Below, piece after piece: positions 18,658 to 29,183 of a stretch of DNA of 64,000 nt. The notes below the pieces were generated by a model. It saw only the letters and a list, made by a program, of their open reading frames with translations. It had not been told where the DNA came from and ran no database searches. Source of the stretch: Eubacterium sp. (GTDB taxonomy: Bacteria; Bacillota; Clostridia; Lachnospirales; Lachnospiraceae); assembly GCA_045539215.1 (NCBI GenBank), contig JAZQEX010000067.1, positions 7,232-71,231 of the forward strand, written 5' to 3'. Positions within the stretch are counted from its first letter, which is position 1; every line of letters starts with the position of its first letter. The translations under genes and the position numbers were made by a program.

Positions 18658-18786
18658 GATGATCCCCTCCTATTTTCACTTATGAAGCGTCTATGGTTAC
18701 CAATAAGTACCTACTGCTATTGTACATGATTTATCCGGAAAAATAAATGGCTTGTTGGTAGAGAAACTTCTTTTATCAAAATCCGT

Positions 18787-18824
18787 AAAAAAGCTGTATC
18801 CGGCATAACCGGATACAGCTTTTT
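18787..18824 (-). terminator. Terminator of the ABC operon
   Basis: AAAAAGCTGTATCCGG/CCGGATACAGCTTTTT. Confidence 0.85.
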
Positions 18825-18877
18825 AAAAGGGGTTATTAAATTGACCTTAATCGTTATAACACATTAACGACTATTGC

Positions 18878-19852
18878 CTATTCGGCTGCTTTTGTCTCGC
18901 CAACCTTTGGTATGCTACGCCGCGGTGACAGGATCTGGAAACCGGTCTTCTTGTAAAGTGTTCCCATGATTCCGTCCGGAGCAAGCAGGATAACTACGAT
19001 CGCGATGATACCAAGTACGATGTTTGACATACCCGGGAAGTTGTACATGATCTGCGTAATGATAACGTAGAGTACAGCACCTACGATCGGGCCTTCCATG
19101 GTTCCCAGTCCACCGATGATAACAGCGAATGTCATAGCGATGGTCCAGTTGATGGAGAAGCCTGTTGACGGGTTGATGTAAGCGGTCTGCATGTACTGAG
19201 CGCCACCGATCAGACCCATCATGAAGCATGCGATTACATAGCATTTCAGTTTGGTCTTGTAGATCTCAACACCCATGGTCTCTGCTGCAGAAGCGCTGTC
19301 GCGGATTGCCATCAGGGCAAGACCTGTCTTCGTACGAAGCAGGATGAACACGATCAGGGTAGCAAGAACTGCTACGACCAGTGCTGTGTAGTACAGCTGT
19401 CTTGTGCTCATACCGAATACAGAGTTGATACTCCAGTCTTTTGCGTATCCAACAAACTTCCAGTTTGAGAAGAATACGTTCAGAGCCTCAGCTACGATCC
19501 ATGTACCGATTGCGAAGTATACACCACTCATCTTGAAGATTGCCGGTGATACAGCAAGTCCAAACAGGGCACAGATTACTGCTCCGATAATGATGGAGAG
19601 ATAGATGTTAACACCAAACTGTACCGAAAGAATTGTCAGCGTATAACCGCCGATTCCGATGAACGCCTGCATACCGAGGGAGAGCATACCTGCATATCCG
19701 CCAAGAAGATTCCACATCTGGCTCATTGCGAGGTATAAGCACATAAGCGTTACCATCTGAAGGAGGTTGTTTGAACCTGCTGCCGGCAATATTCCGAATA
19801 ACACTACAATTGCGATAATTAAAATGATCAGATTCTGTTTTTTCATTTTCAT
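18878..19852 (-). CDS. HAAT (Liv-type) ABC permease, LivM-like
   Basis: WNLLGGYAG, YFAIGT, AIRD...AETMG, GGLGT..GP. Confidence 0.9.
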   Translation of the reverse strand: MKMKKQNLIILIIAIVVLFGILPAAGSNNLLQMVTLMCLYLAMSQMWNLLGGYAGMLSLGMQAFIGIGGYTLTILSVQFGVNIYLSIIIGAVICALFGLAVSPAIFKMSGVYFAIGTWIVAEALNVFFSNWKFVGYAKDWSINSVFGMSTRQLYYTALVVAVLATLIVFILLRTKTGLALMAIRDSASAAETMGVEIYKTKLKCYVIACFMMGLIGGAQYMQTAYINPSTGFSINWTIAMTFAVIIGGLGTMEGPIVGAVLYVIITQIMYNFPGMSNIVLGIIAIVVILLAPDGIMGTLYKKTGFQILSPRRSIPKVGETKAAE

Positions 19853-19867
19853 AATATCCGTCCCTCC

Positions 19868-20734
19868 TTATTTCCGCACCGCAGAAGTTGCGAACAATCC
19901 GTTTGGCCGGAGAGCCAGAATTACGAGTAACACGATGTAAGCGATCAGCATCTGAACACCGGATCCGAATGCGAATCCACCAAGAAGCTGAGCTACACCA
20001 AGTACGATACCACCGATCAGTGTACCGAACAGACTTCCCATACCACCGATTACAACAACACCGAATGCGATGATCAGGTACTGTGTACCGGATGACGGAT
20101 AGAATGTGAATGTAGAACCAACCAGGGTTCCTGCTACTGCTGTGATACCCATGCAGATAACCATTGCAGCTGCGAATGCCATTTTTGTATTTACACCCAT
20201 CAGCTCAGCTGCCATCGGATCATCAGAGGTTGCACGGATGGAACGTCCGAAGTTTGTCTTCTGCATTACAAGTGCGAGACCAACGATGATGATAACTGCT
20301 ACGATAAAGCTGATCAGGTAGCTTGCGGAAACGGATAATACCGGAGTGGTAATAACGTTTACAGAAGCCATCTTGTTTGTCAGCAGCTGGTTGTCAGCGC
20401 TGAAGATCTTCAGCATCAGGTTTGACAGGAAAATGGAAAGACCGAAGGTAACCAGAAGAGCCGGTGCCTCACCCTTATCCATAACGCGGTTAACCAGGAA
20501 CTGCTGAACGATAAAGCCGATCACACACATTACGATTACAGAGATAATCGTAGAGATGACCAGGTTAAATCCAAGTGCATTGGATACAACCATTGTAATA
20601 TAGGTACCCAGGATCATCAGATCACCATGAGCCAGGTTTGTCAGTTTCATGATACCGAAAACAAGTGACATACCAATGCCGATCATGGAGTACAGACCAC
20701 CCAAAAGGATACCGGTAATAATACATTGTAACAT
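19868..20734 (-). CDS. HAAT ABC permease, LivH-like
   Basis: NLAHGD, GRSIRA, AELMG, GGMGS. Confidence 0.9.
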   Translation of the reverse strand: MLQCIITGILLGGLYSMIGIGMSLVFGIMKLTNLAHGDLMILGTYITMVVSNALGFNLVISTIISVIVMCVIGFIVQQFLVNRVMDKGEAPALLVTFGLSIFLSNLMLKIFSADNQLLTNKMASVNVITTPVLSVSASYLISFIVAVIIIVGLALVMQKTNFGRSIRATSDDPMAAELMGVNTKMAFAAAMVICMGITAVAGTLVGSTFTFYPSSGTQYLIIAFGVVVIGGMGSLFGTLIGGIVLGVAQLLGGFAFGSGVQMLIAYIVLLVILALRPNGLFATSAVRK

Positions 20735-20752
20735 TTACACGTCCTCCTTTCC

Positions 20753-21472
20753 CTAGTGCGCGAAATCGCCGATACCAAAGTAAGCATCGTTTACTTCAGA
20801 TTCGTTGAGTTCACTTGACTTGCCTTCCATGACTACCTTGCCTTCAAGGATAACGTATGAATAATCAGAAACTGACAGGGATCTTGTAACGTTCTGCTCT
20901 ACGATCAGCATCGTAAGACCTGTCTCTGCGATCTCCTGCAGCTTGTCATAGATATCATTGATGACAACCGGTGCAAGACCAAGTGAGATTTCGTCTAACA
21001 GCAGGATCTTCGGCTGTGACATGATGCCACGGCCGATGGCAAGCATCTGTCTCTGACCACCGGAAAGGTATGTAGCCTGCTGGTTTTTCTTTTCATTCAG
21101 GATCGGGAACAGGCGATAAACATCTTCAAGACGTTTCATCCGCTCCGGTCCTTTTTCCAGATATGCGCCCATCAGAAGGTTATCCTGAACGGTCATCTTC
21201 TCGAAGCAGTGGCTTCCTTCCGGAGACATGGTCAGACCAAGTCTTGCAATCTGGTTTGCTTTTTTGCCTGCGATATTGTTGCCGTCAAAGATGATCTCAC
21301 CTTTGGTCGGTTTGTTCAGGCCGCAGATTGTATTCATAATGGTGGATTTGCCGGCACCGTTTGCACCGATCAGAGAAACGATCGTACCCGGTTCTACGTT
21401 AAGCGACACATCCTGAATGGCGAGGAAATCGCCGTAATGAACGTCAATGTTTTTTACTTCCAATAAACTCAT
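20753..21472 (-). CDS. HAAT ABC ATPase, LivF-like
   Basis: GANGAGKS, LSGGQRQM, DEISLGLAP. Confidence 0.92.
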   Translation of the reverse strand: MSLLEVKNIDVHYGDFLAIQDVSLNVEPGTIVSLIGANGAGKSTIMNTICGLNKPTKGEIIFDGNNIAGKKANQIARLGLTMSPEGSHCFEKMTVQDNLLMGAYLEKGPERMKRLEDVYRLFPILNEKKNQQATYLSGGQRQMLAIGRGIMSQPKILLLDEISLGLAPVVINDIYDKLQEIAETGLTMLIVEQNVTRSLSVSDYSYVILEGKVVMEGKSSELNESEVNDAYFGIGDFAH

Positions 21473-22200
21473 TACTCGTCGTCGCCTCCTCCCATATAAA
21501 CCTTCTTAACCTCTGCTGAATTCATAACTTCAAGCGGCGGGCCGGTGATAACATCAACACCGTCAGCCAGAAGCATTACGCGGTTGGTACCTTCCAGCAT
21601 GGTTCTGATAATATGCTCGATCCAGATAACGCTAACGCCCTGTTTCTGAATATCTTTAACAAGGTTAATGATCAGACCTACTTCAGACTCTGTCAGACCA
21701 CCACCAACCTCATCCAGAAGAACGATCTTCGGCTCGGTTGCAAGTGCACGTCCGATTTCCAGACGTTTTCTGTCAAGAAGTCCGAGCTTACCTGCGAACA
21801 GGTCAAGCTTATCTTCCAGTTTGATCAGACTTGCTACTTCCAATGCTTTTTCTTTTGCCTGTGCTTCGCTCATACCTGCGCCAAACACACCGCCGACCAT
21901 GATGTTCTCAAATACGGTCATCTGCTCGAACGGACGCGGAACCTGGAATGTTCTTCCGATACCGCTGCGGCAACGCTCGGTCACACCTTCGTGTCCGATT
22001 TCTTTTCCATCGAATTCGATGGTACCCTTGGTAGGCTTCAGAATACCGGTCAGGATGTTCAGCATAACGGTCTTACCAGCACCGTTCGGGCCGATTACAC
22101 CCAGAACCTCGCCTTCACCAAGCTCAAAGTTGATGCTCTTTAAGACATGGTTGCTTCCGAATGATATACCAAGATCATGTACCTTTAATATAGCACTCAA
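21472..22200 (-). CDS. HAAT ABC ATPase, LivG-like
   Basis: GPNGAGKT, RTFQ, LEIGRALA, LLDE; TTG start. Confidence 0.92.
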   Translation of the reverse strand: MSAILKVHDLGISFGSNHVLKSINFELGEGEVLGVIGPNGAGKTVMLNILTGILKPTKGTIEFDGKEIGHEGVTERCRSGIGRTFQVPRPFEQMTVFENIMVGGVFGAGMSEAQAKEKALEVASLIKLEDKLDLFAGKLGLLDRKRLEIGRALATEPKIVLLDEVGGGLTESEVGLIINLVKDIQKQGVSVIWIEHIIRTMLEGTNRVMLLADGVDVITGPPLEVMNSAEVKKVYMGGGDDE

Positions 22201-22232
22201 TCCCCTACCTCCTTTTTTGCCTTTACCTGATA

Positions 22233-22261
22233 AGAGGCCGCCACTTTAAGCGGCGGCCTCT
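22233..22261 (-). terminator. Intercistronic hairpin after binding-protein gene
   Basis: AGAGGCCGC/GCGGCCTCT stem without a long U-tract; probable mRNA stabiliser or partial terminator. Confidence 0.6.
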
Positions 22262-22304
22262 CGCCAGTTCTTTAATTTAATGAGGAGTTACATAAAGCCT
22301 AAGA

Positions 22305-23585
22305 TTAGTTTACTCTCAGCTCAGCTGTTGTCGGGCAATCCGGAACCTGCGTATTAGCAATGATATCCTGTGTCCATGTGCCATCTGCATTGTAGGTCCA
22401 CTGTCCTGTTACAAGCGGCTGTACAGAGTAGTGCTGATCGTTGAAGTCAACCGGTCCGATTACGGTATCGATTGAAAGCTCATCAGCTGCCTTTACTAAA
22501 GCATCTGTATCCAGTGTGCCAGCGTTCTTCAGAACGTTGTACAGGATCTCTACGTTAGCATAGTCATAACCAGCTGTAGCCGGTGCATACTCAGCACCTG
22601 TCAGCTCCATCCATTTGTTTCCGATATCTTCGCAGGTCTCACCTGTGATGGAAGATACGTACGGATGGGACGGTGTCCACCATACTTCAGAGCAAAGGCC
22701 ATCAGCCAAGCCATCTGCACCTGCTGCATCTACGTCCTCTTTGAACAGAGTAGCTTTTGCAACTGTGGTAACCTTCGGCATGTAACCGGAAGATTTCAGC
22801 TGTGAATAGAATGTACCGAAGTCAGATGTCAGCATAACGCCAACTACTGCATCGCAGCCTTCCTTCTTCAGGTTGTTGATAATAGATGTATAATCTGTTG
22901 CGTTTGTTGTGTAAGCACCCGGATCATATGCTTCGTAACCGTTTGCTTCACAGAATGCGCTGATTGCGCCGATCATTGTCTGACCTTCTGTATCGGTTGC
23001 ATGCATAACACCAACTTTACCGCCGGAGATACCAGCTGCGTCCCAAGCATCCTTGAAAGAGTTCAGCTCGTTCTCTGTGTTGAATCCTGCATGGAAGCTG
23101 TACTGATAATCAGATGTAGCCCACGCTTCATCCGGAGTATCAACGGACAGACATACAACGCCTGCACGCTCACAAGCTGCTGCTACCGGAACGGTAGTAT
23201 CAGCTGTCTTAGCGGTCAGCATGATGTCAACGTTCTTGCTGGAGATCAGGTTGTTAGCTGCTTCAGAAGCCTTGGTCGGATCTGACTCGGAGTCAGCGTA
23301 AACCAGCTCGATCTGCTTAGCGCTACCGTCAACCTCGATACCGCCTGCCTGGTTGATCTCGTCAACTGCATATCCGTACATTTCTTCTGTGCCGGCACCG
23401 AATGCTGCCAGATTACCTGTCTGCGGATAAACAACGCCGACTGTGATCGTATCACCAGATGCTTTTTTGCCGCTTTCCGGAGCTGCGCTGCCGGAACCGC
23501 CGCCGTTGCTGCCGCATGCTGCAAGTGAGCCAACCATAACAGCTGCTACTGCAATTGCTGCAATTCTTGCGAATCTCTTTTTCAT
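22305..23585 (-). CDS. HAAT ABC substrate-binding lipoprotein
   Basis: Lipobox LAAC, PQTGNLAAFG, EINQAGG, DSESDP. Confidence 0.9.
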   Translation of the reverse strand: MKKRFARIAAIAVAAVMVGSLAACGSNGGGSGSAAPESGKKASGDTITVGVVYPQTGNLAAFGAGTEEMYGYAVDEINQAGGIEVDGSAKQIELVYADSESDPTKASEAANNLISSKNVDIMLTAKTADTTVPVAAACERAGVVCLSVDTPDEAWATSDYQYSFHAGFNTENELNSFKDAWDAAGISGGKVGVMHATDTEGQTMIGAISAFCEANGYEAYDPGAYTTNATDYTSIINNLKKEGCDAVVGVMLTSDFGTFYSQLKSSGYMPKVTTVAKATLFKEDVDAAGADGLADGLCSEVWWTPSHPYVSSITGETCEDIGNKWMELTGAEYAPATAGYDYANVEILYNVLKNAGTLDTDALVKAADELSIDTVIGPVDFNDQHYSVQPLVTGQWTYNADGTWTQDIIANTQVPDCPTTAELRVN

Positions 23586-23723
23586 GTTTTTTCCTCCTTC
23601 ACATAAAAAGACTACAAGTTCGTCTTTGGTATTTTTTATGATATTCGATTCGCAAAAAAATAAATATTGGGTAAAGTTAATATTTTATTTAGGATTTTAC
23701 GTTTTTATTTTTAATAAATAAAT

Positions 23724-23756
23724 GTAGCACAAAAACGTTTTTTGTTTTTGTGCTAC
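23724..23756 (-). terminator. 13-bp perfect inverted repeat (terminator or operator)
   Basis: GTAGCACAAAAAC/GTTTTTGTGCTAC. Confidence 0.55.
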
Positions 23757-23783
23757 TTTACTAAAAGCTCAGTTTAAAACGGT

Positions 23784-25097
23784 TCATTCACCATCCGGAG
23801 TAAATGCTTTCCGCATGGCATCCATAAACTCCCTTGTATCTGCCTGCCCGCTGTAGAGATCTTTTGTAAGCGACCGGATCACATTCTTGATCTCAGCAGG
23901 CTGCACGGCACTTGGTGCAGTGACGGCACCTGCCGCATTGTCCAGCAGACTGTTCATCTCTATATGTCGTTCCAGCAGGCGTTCCGCCTTTACATCCGTA
24001 TCCTGAAGCATCGTTCTGCAGCCGGTTTTTAAGTTCTCCTCATTGACACGCCTCACATATTCTACGCAAACCGTTGCTGCGAGTTCTTTATCATTGCAGG
24101 AAGTATTGATACACAATCCGGGCCTGGTATCTCCATCCAGCCGTATCATTCTGTAGTTCCCGTCTGCATTGTACATTCCGGGGAAAAGTCCGGTGTAGAA
24201 ATCTTCCTTCATATTCCAGATCAGATGTGAAAGGATCGCAGACCGGTTCACCAGCATAACGGAATTGTGACGGATAAAGTTCGTCACCGCCTCTTCATCT
24301 CCTGTTTCCATGTAATTCTCGGAAAAGGCACCCAGTTCATTTAACCGGACGATCTTATCTGCCGCTGCCTGCAAAACCTCCTCATCGACGATCACCGGAT
24401 CCTTTGCCAGATCCGGATTCTGATTCACCTGATCACTGATCGAGATCATATCCATCAGGAGATTTCCTTCATATCCATCCTTATTGCCGAAGGAAATCGC
24501 AGAATAAGAGGTTCCGTTTTTTTCATTGTATTCATTTACAGCCAGGACCATTTGCTCCAGTTCATCCCAGGTTTCCGGGATCGAAATGCCAAGCTCGGAC
24601 AAAAGATATGCATCATAATAAACGACGCCGTAGTCTGACTGCATACACGGGATCTCGTAATAATGGCCATCCTGATACGGCACAGCATATTCCTCGGTCA
24701 GATTCAGTGTGTCGACATACCCATCTACCTGTGTACAGACCCCGGCCTCTATGAATTCATCAAGAAACGTCCCGCCCGGTGTCAGAAATACATCAGGCAA
24801 TTCACCAGTAACCAATGCGAGCTCCAGCTTTGTCTCCATGTCATCCGACGCATAGTTTTTTACATCTACCGTAATTCCCTGTGCTTTGGCAATATCATCC
24901 CACAGAAACATGTAGTAGTAACCCGGTACGTTTCTGTCATAAAAGGTCCAGACTTCCAGATCTGCCTCTACGGCAGCATCTGCTGCTTCTTCCGTTTGTT
25001 CTGATTCTGTTTTATTCGGCGCGCCGCATGCCGCTGCCACTATGGCGACTGCTCCTACAAGCGTCATCATAAATAAGATCTTTAAAAACTTTCTCAT
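23784..25097 (-). CDS. Extracellular solute-binding lipoprotein (carbohydrate family 1-like)
   Basis: Lipobox AAAC, GELPDVF, DGHYYEIP, PETWDEL. Confidence 0.85.
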   Translation of the reverse strand: MRKFLKILFMMTLVGAVAIVAAACGAPNKTESEQTEEAADAAVEADLEVWTFYDRNVPGYYYMFLWDDIAKAQGITVDVKNYASDDMETKLELALVTGELPDVFLTPGGTFLDEFIEAGVCTQVDGYVDTLNLTEEYAVPYQDGHYYEIPCMQSDYGVVYYDAYLLSELGISIPETWDELEQMVLAVNEYNEKNGTSYSAISFGNKDGYEGNLLMDMISISDQVNQNPDLAKDPVIVDEEVLQAAADKIVRLNELGAFSENYMETGDEEAVTNFIRHNSVMLVNRSAILSHLIWNMKEDFYTGLFPGMYNADGNYRMIRLDGDTRPGLCINTSCNDKELAATVCVEYVRRVNEENLKTGCRTMLQDTDVKAERLLERHIEMNSLLDNAAGAVTAPSAVQPAEIKNVIRSLTKDLYSGQADTREFMDAMRKAFTPDGE

Positions 25098-25204
25098 TTT
25101 AACCTCAACTTTTCTGATTTTTAAGGCAAAACCATCTTATCATAATGCAAGTCACGCTTGCAACAAAGTGCTTAACGTTGTACCATCAGCATGAGAGGTG
25201 ACAA

Positions 25205-27061
25205 ATGAAGAGACGGAATCTTTTTTTCCATATTTTCAGTGGTCTTTCCGGCAATACCAGTTTCCGGCAAAGACTTTTCATATCGTTCCTGGCCATTGCC
25301 ATTCCGATCCTGGCTGCAATGGCGATTTTTTCGTATGCCCTTACAAGCAACAGCACCAAACAGACCCTGACCCAGGCACAGGAAACACAGCTCGGCCATC
25401 TGAATGCCCGGCTGCTTTCTGTTTATTCTAACGCAGAGGGCATCTCCCGTGACATCATCTTATCCTCTGATATTCAGGATTATATGAGAGATGCAGGCAA
25501 TGACAGTTCCTATCCGGATGACAGCGCCGTATCCTACACCATCTCTGCACTGATGACAGACCGCGACTTTATTGACAGTATTGTCATCACGGGAAATACC
25601 TATACCCTCTTCTCAACAACCGGTGCATATACGGACAAAGCATCCTTTAAAGGAATTCAGGAAAAATGGTGGTATCGCAGTTTGCTTTTGCAAAACCGTT
25701 CCCCATCCTGGTATTCTTATGCGACACTTTCTAATCCGAGAATGCAGGCACAGAGAAACGGCGAGATTCCCGATCAGATCAACACACGGATGCTGGCACG
25801 TCCCATTTACAGTGTGGATTCTCCCAATATGCGTCTTGGTTATCTGATGATCTATATCAACAATGATTATATGCAGAACCTCTGGCGCGATTTGGACTGG
25901 GGAAGTACGACCAACCTGTATCTGCTTGATCAGGACGGAAATGTCATCGACTCCAACCGCCCATTGCGTGACTATAGTGAGTTGATCGGTAAATACGGCA
26001 TTTCTGACCGGAACGAATTCGTACGCTATGACGGGAACGCTTACCTTTACTCCTGCTCAAGTCTTAATATCAACGGCTGGCGGACGGTCATGATCACACC
26101 ATACAATGAGCTGAACCGCCCCATGTCGAACATTGTCATCATTTTGCTGATTCTGATCGCAGCTCTGGTATTTATCATCTTCCTGATGTCAAACAGAAGC
26201 TCTTATCACATGGCGCGTCCGATCGCGGTTTTGTCTCATATCATGGACTCTTATCACGGCTCGGATACCACACCGGATCCCGAACTGGTCAAACCGTATG
26301 AAGACCGTACCGATGAGATCGGCGACATTTACCGCTCCTATGCACAGCTCCAGGAGCGTATCCGCAATCTGATCCAGGAAATCTATGTAAAAAATCTCGA
26401 GAAAAAAGATGCCGAGCTTGCGCTTCTTCAAAGCCAGATCAATCCGCATTTTCTGTATAATACGCTGGATTCGATCAACTGGCTTGCCCTGATGCATGAT
26501 GAAGAAGAGATCAGCAACATGATCACGGCGCTTTCCGATACATTCCGCTTAAGCCTGATGAAAAGCAACAGTTACTACGTCGCACTCTCCCAGGAAGCGG
26601 AATATGTCAGCAGCTACCTGATGCTGCAAAAATTCCGCTACGGCGACAAGCTGAACTATACTGTTGCAGTCCCTGCCAAAGCAAAGAATCTTTTCATTCC
26701 GCGCTTCATCCTGCAGCCGCTTGCAGAAAACGCTCTAAAACACGGCATCAGCAAGCTGCCCGATGGCGGACGCATTGACATCTCAGTATCCCTTAAGAAT
26801 CATCTGATCATAGAGGTAAAAAATGACGGCACGGATATCGACTTAGACAAGATGTCCCGGATTCTTGTCTATAACCCCGGTGATTCCGAGCTGTTGTCCT
26901 TCAAACCGGAAGGATATGGTGTGCAGAACATCTTCCGACGGATCAAAGTCATCTGCGGTGAGGAATATGGTCTTTCCTATTCCGTAGAACGGGCCCGCAC
27001 CGTCTGTCGGATCACCCTGCCGATCAAAGAAACCGATACCGATCAGGATACAAACGTATAA
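25205..27061 (+). CDS. Sensor histidine kinase, YesM/LytS type
   Basis: Two TM segments, HAMP (DEIG), LQSQINPHFLYNTL, QPLAENA. Confidence 0.93.
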   Translation: MKRRNLFFHIFSGLSGNTSFRQRLFISFLAIAIPILAAMAIFSYALTSNSTKQTLTQAQETQLGHLNARLLSVYSNAEGISRDIILSSDIQDYMRDAGNDSSYPDDSAVSYTISALMTDRDFIDSIVITGNTYTLFSTTGAYTDKASFKGIQEKWWYRSLLLQNRSPSWYSYATLSNPRMQAQRNGEIPDQINTRMLARPIYSVDSPNMRLGYLMIYINNDYMQNLWRDLDWGSTTNLYLLDQDGNVIDSNRPLRDYSELIGKYGISDRNEFVRYDGNAYLYSCSSLNINGWRTVMITPYNELNRPMSNIVIILLILIAALVFIIFLMSNRSSYHMARPIAVLSHIMDSYHGSDTTPDPELVKPYEDRTDEIGDIYRSYAQLQERIRNLIQEIYVKNLEKKDAELALLQSQINPHFLYNTLDSINWLALMHDEEEISNMITALSDTFRLSLMKSNSYYVALSQEAEYVSSYLMLQKFRYGDKLNYTVAVPAKAKNLFIPRFILQPLAENALKHGISKLPDGGRIDISVSLKNHLIIEVKNDGTDIDLDKMSRILVYNPGDSELLSFKPEGYGVQNIFRRIKVICGEEYGLSYSVERARTVCRITLPIKETDTDQDTNV

Positions 27062-27083
27062 AACAAAAAAGCAGCGCCGATCT

Positions 27084-28691
27084 TTAGATCGCGCTGCTTT
27101 TATATGCCGATAATGTCACACCGGTGTGCTTTTTAAAGAGCTGAGAGAAGTAAGCGTAGTCGTTATATCCGACTGCCCCCGCCACTTCATACATCTTAAG
27201 ATTTCCCTGGCGAAGCAATCTCTTCGCCTCTTCAATCCGCAGATTTGTTACATAATTGATCAGTGTAATATCCAGCTCTTTCTTAAACAGATTGGCCAGA
27301 TAGTTTTTACTGATATTGATGGCCTGTGCCACATCAGCCAGTGAGATATTTTCACAGAAATGCTGCTCGATATAATCCAATGCATCCTGGATGATCTTTT
27401 TTCCGGAGCCGACGCCCTGCTTTGCCACGGCCGCGGCCAGTTTCTCAGCCGATGCAGTCGACAGACTGATCTGGTTCTCAAGTGTCGGATATTCCCGTTC
27501 AATTCGTCTGATGTCTAACTGATTCCTGGCAATGACCTCCAGCGAAGGATCCACCTTTGCCTGCGTCTGAAAGACCCGCAGGATGATCAGGAATGTGATC
27601 AGGCTTGGATAATCCTTCACATCTGCCGCAACATACGCTTTTGCAGGCTCATAAACCTGTCTGATCTCATCCCGAATGGCTTCCGTATTTCCTGCCGAAA
27701 TCTCCTGGAACAGATGCTCAATCTCCAGATAAGGCAGCTTTGCATCCACTTCGAGGCGGCCCAGCTCATGCTCTTCTTCCCGAATATCAAGTGCCGCATT
27801 GGTCATGAAGATATAACGCACACATTCGTTTCGCGCCTGGAACAGGTTTTTCAGCCCGTCATGAAGCCGGCTGACTCCTAAGGTGAGCATATTGCCCTGT
27901 TCGTTTTCTTCTAAGATGAACGCCTTCATTTCTGCCACGATCTGCGATCTGATCTCTTCTGTCATCTGACCGGCATCGTCACCATCTTTCCCGCAGATAT
28001 AAAATGAGACCGCATCATCTGTCTGAAAACGATACACACGCCCATATTCCGACAGGATCGCCATGACCGTTTCTCCAAGCTTCTCCACCGAAGAGATATA
28101 ATCTTCCTCTCCGGAAAGATTGCCAATGTCAACCCTGACAAGAAGAAAACGCTTGTCCATGATATTGTCATTATGCTGTTTTTCCAGAAGCTGATAAAGA
28201 GAGTGGTCAAAGATATCATTTTCCGAAAGATCTTCGAAGAACTTTGACGTCAGATCACCGACGTTATCATGCAGCCAGCTTTCTACCCGGCTGTAATAGT
28301 CCTGATCAGCAAGTTTTGCATGAATCTTTTCATGCATCTTTTTCAGCATTTCCGCAAAGGCATCCTTTTTGACCGGCTTCAGGAGATAATCTGCCACGCC
28401 AAGCTTTAAGGATTCTTGCGCAAACACAAAATCATCATGTCCCGATAATACGACAAACTCGGCATTCGGCAGGATCTGCTTTGCCTGGGTGATGAACTCA
28501 AGCCCTGTCATCTTCGGCATTTTCATATCTGAGATGATCAGTTCCGGAGACAGATCGGTCAGCCTCCCGAGCGCTTCCTGAGCATCTGTAAATGCCCCGA
28601 CAACCTGAAAGCCGTATTCTTCCAGATGATAAACCTTTTGTATGCCCGCCAGGACGATTTCTTCATCATCAACAAGTACTACATTGTACAT
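27084..28691 (-). CDS. YesN-type response regulator (REC + AraC HTH)
   Basis: LVDDE, SDMKMP, YLLKP; C-terminal RIEEAK..VGY..YFSQLFKK. Confidence 0.93.
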   Translation of the reverse strand: MYNVVLVDDEEIVLAGIQKVYHLEEYGFQVVGAFTDAQEALGRLTDLSPELIISDMKMPKMTGLEFITQAKQILPNAEFVVLSGHDDFVFAQESLKLGVADYLLKPVKKDAFAEMLKKMHEKIHAKLADQDYYSRVESWLHDNVGDLTSKFFEDLSENDIFDHSLYQLLEKQHNDNIMDKRFLLVRVDIGNLSGEEDYISSVEKLGETVMAILSEYGRVYRFQTDDAVSFYICGKDGDDAGQMTEEIRSQIVAEMKAFILEENEQGNMLTLGVSRLHDGLKNLFQARNECVRYIFMTNAALDIREEEHELGRLEVDAKLPYLEIEHLFQEISAGNTEAIRDEIRQVYEPAKAYVAADVKDYPSLITFLIILRVFQTQAKVDPSLEVIARNQLDIRRIEREYPTLENQISLSTASAEKLAAAVAKQGVGSGKKIIQDALDYIEQHFCENISLADVAQAINISKNYLANLFKKELDITLINYVTNLRIEEAKRLLRQGNLKMYEVAGAVGYNDYAYFSQLFKKHTGVTLSAYKSSAI

Positions 28692-28706
28692 ATAAGTCCT
28701 CTTTTT

Positions 28707-29072
28707 CTAGTAGTAAATGTAATTCTTCTTTGCCTTACGCAGTGAGCTCACATACCAAACAATACATACCAGGAATATAACCAGCAGAATGAAGTGCAAT
28801 ATCTCATTATTAAGATAATAGGTATTCGCCAATGCAAGCAATCCATAAATGATACATGCGAGTCCAAACACCATTGTCGGCGGAGTCATCGCATTACAGA
28901 AACCATCCCGGTCTCTTACCCTCCCCAATTCATTTGCCGAAAGCAGCCACTGGGAAATTTCCCTGTCGCGTCTCATCTTTCCTGCGCTAACCAGCGAATA
29001 TGCTCCATACACGATGATCAACACATGTATGACCGAAATCACACTGACATTTTCTCCAAAGGCTAAAATCAT
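28707..29072 (-). CDS. Hypothetical membrane protein
   Basis: Three hydrophobic segments; GGAGG upstream. Confidence 0.7.
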   Translation of the reverse strand: MILAFGENVSVISVIHVLIIVYGAYSLVSAGKMRRDREISQWLLSANELGRVRDRDGFCNAMTPPTMVFGLACIIYGLLALANTYYLNNEILHFILLVIFLVCIVWYVSSLRKAKKNYIYY

Positions 29073-29183
29073 ACCTTTTCCTCCCAACAATCTCCCTTAA
29101 AGTTATAAATATTCAAAGCAGCTTTATCATAACATATTCTCGTGCAATTACAAAACCCGTTGCCACTGCCTTCTCCGGCAGTG

